This document shows, in pieces, positions 62,468 through 64,000 of a DNA stretch of 64,000 nucleotides (position 1 is its first letter; each line of letters opens with the position of its first letter). This DNA is from an uncultured archaeon (GTDB lineage: Archaea; Asgardarchaeota; Lokiarchaeia; Sigyniarchaeales; SOKP01): the NCBI GenBank assembly GCA_964486045.1, contig CAZALK010000010.1, forward strand, positions 84,889-148,888, in the 5' to 3' direction. A program made the position numbers and the translations under genes. The notes below the pieces were generated by a model. The model did not search any database and was not told the origin of the DNA. It worked only from the letters and a program-made list of their open reading frames with translations.

Positions 62468-63511
62468 TCACTTCAAAAATTTCTGTTTGAATGATTCAAT
62501 CGTGCTTGAAATTTCATTTAACTGCAGTTTTAGTTCTTTAGGGTTCATTTTTTTTAATTGATCCACGTTATTTATAATTTCTCCCATTTCATCTATCCAT
62601 ATATTCATAAGAATTTCCTTTTCTTTTTCTCTTATTGCTGTTTTCATTTCGTTAGAAATCCATTCTTTCGCGCTTTTATATAATTGTTTTTTTAGTACAT
62701 CCATTTTCATTTTAGTTACATCTTGTTGACTTCTGAGGTTTTCTAAAACAGGTTTTAATTGATTTTGGAATTTTGTGTTTTCCTCATTATGCTTTTTTTC
62801 AATATCACGTAGGACTGTATCTTTTATGTCAAATTCTTCTTTAAAGGTTTTTATTTTATTAATAAAATCTTCATTCATCTCTTTGATTCTTTCTAATAGT
62901 GAGTTAGTTTTTACTTCAATGCTTTCAATATTCTCGTTAAACTTTTGTTCAAATAATTTAAATCTTCCATCTACAGCTTCACCAAGTTTTTTAAAACCTT
63001 CTACTAACTTTTTATCAATTTTATTATATCTTTCCTCTAATTTCCTGTCATAATTATTTGAAATATCATCAAATTTTTGACTTGAGTTTTTAGTTTGTTC
63101 ATTGATTTTATTTTCTAGTTTCTTGGTTTCAGTAATTACTTGATCCTCAATTTTTTTTATATCTTTGCTTAATTGGCTTTTTAATCTAATATCTTGCTCA
63201 TTTAACTTTTCACTTGAGTTTTTAATTTGTTCATTGATTTTATTTTCTAGTTTCTTCGTTTCAGTAACTGCTTGATCACCAATTTCTTTTAAATTTTTGC
63301 TTAATTGGCTTTTTAAGCTACTATCTTGCTCCCTTAACTTTTCACTTTGCATCTTATTTTGATTGGCTGTTTTTTCTTCTAGCTTTTGTATTTTGTCAGT
63401 CAATCTTTGTCCAAGTTTTTTAATTTGAGCATCAACCTTTTGTTCATTTCTACTGATTTGTTCTTTAAATTCCTTAATCTCCTTGATAGGAGGTTCTTCT
63501 TTATTTGAGAT
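62468..63511 (-). CDS. Coiled-coil protein with a 44-aa internal tandem repeat
   Basis: ORF track start is 63403 (TTG), but the frame stays open to an ATC at 63511 preceded by GGGTGAT; amphipathic repeats. Confidence 0.75.
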   Translation of the reverse strand: MSNKEEPPIKEIKEFKEQISRNEQKVDAQIKKLGQRLTDKIQKLEEKTANQNKMQSEKLREQDSSLKSQLSKNLKEIGDQAVTETKKLENKINEQIKNSSEKLNEQDIRLKSQLSKDIKKIEDQVITETKKLENKINEQTKNSSQKFDDISNNYDRKLEERYNKIDKKLVEGFKKLGEAVDGRFKLFEQKFNENIESIEVKTNSLLERIKEMNEDFINKIKTFKEEFDIKDTVLRDIEKKHNEENTKFQNQLKPVLENLRSQQDVTKMKMDVLKKQLYKSAKEWISNEMKTAIREKEKEILMNIWIDEMGEIINNVDQLKKMNPKELKLQLNEISSTIESFKQKFLK

Positions 63512-63552
63512 TTTTTATCACCCTTTTAAATTTAATTCTTTAATCTCATAGA

Positions 63553-63999
63553 TTAGGATTTTTCATATTTTTCTTTCCATTCCAAAAAGCCTTTAGTTTC
63601 TTTACCTCGATAAACAGCCCTTTTTCCAGGATTTTTTTTCTCATACTTGTTATACAACTCAATTTTTGGATCTCGTTTAATAGGTTTTGCTACTACCTTG
63701 ACTTCTTTAATTTTAGTAGGTTTTGGTTTCTTCTTAACTTCTGGGAGTTTTGGTATTGGTTTTAATTTTGCTTTGAGTCCGGAATGTTTCAGTCCGGGTT
63801 TTAGTTTTGGCTTAGCTATTGGAGGTTTTGAAACTGATCTTAATTTCACTTTAACTTCTACAGGTTTCGGCTCGGGTTGTGATTTTGTTTTTAATTCAAG
63901 AGGTTTTAGTTCTGGTTTCAGTTTTGATTTCACTTTAACTTCTATAGGTTTCAGTTTGGGTTGTGGTTTTGCTTTAACTTCAAGAGGTTTCAGTTTGGG
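63553..63999 (-). CDS. Lys/Pro-rich repeat protein, C-terminal part (truncated by window edge)
   Basis: Frame open to the window end; ~13-aa PKLKPLEVKAKPQ-type repeats and a short globular tail. Confidence 0.75.
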   Translation of the reverse strand, partial: PKLKPLEVKAKPQPKLKPIEVKVKSKLKPELKPLELKTKSQPEPKPVEVKVKLRSVSKPPIAKPKLKPGLKHSGLKAKLKPIPKLPEVKKKPKPTKIKEVKVVAKPIKRDPKIELYNKYEKKNPGKRAVYRGKETKGFLEWKEKYEKS

Positions 64000-64000
64000 T

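Noticed and set aside
588-63053. Numerous short antisense or alternate-frame ORFs in the ORF track (e.g. 588-878, 6783-7112, 18381-18686, 47505-47699, 62775-63053)
   Set aside because: They lie within well-supported genes and are shadow ORFs

Overview
AT-rich archaeal chromosomal segment, almost certainly from an Asgard archaeon of the Lokiarchaeia/Promethearchaeia group. Support: archaeal housekeeping genes (psmB, Sm-rpl37e, sepF, PINA ATPase, tRNA-splicing endonuclease subunit, long-type FKBP) occur with eukaryotic-signature proteins (ubiquitin-like GG protein, roadblock, longin/uDENN-like proteins, an ino1 + four ITPK1-like kinase cluster) and Loki-type LRR proteins and multi-PAS histidine kinases. 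Main unexplained structure: three small integrase-free islets (about 2.76, 0.96 and 3.08 kb), each lying between two copies of the 3' end of a conserved protein-coding gene (PflX-like radical SAM, sepF, rpl37e). The copies differ mostly at synonymous sites, as if each islet brought in a replacement C-terminus. One islet carries a LAGLIDADG endonuclease and a HEPN/DUF4145 protein. Other notable items: a tRNA-Leu(TAA) split by three non-canonical introns, several genes that appear to start at ATT/ATC/ATA, an LRR protein ending in a canonical PIP box, a CorA-like 2TM-NUDIX fusion, and a tandem kinase duplication with swapped sensor modules. All calls come from visual motif recognition; no database searches were run.
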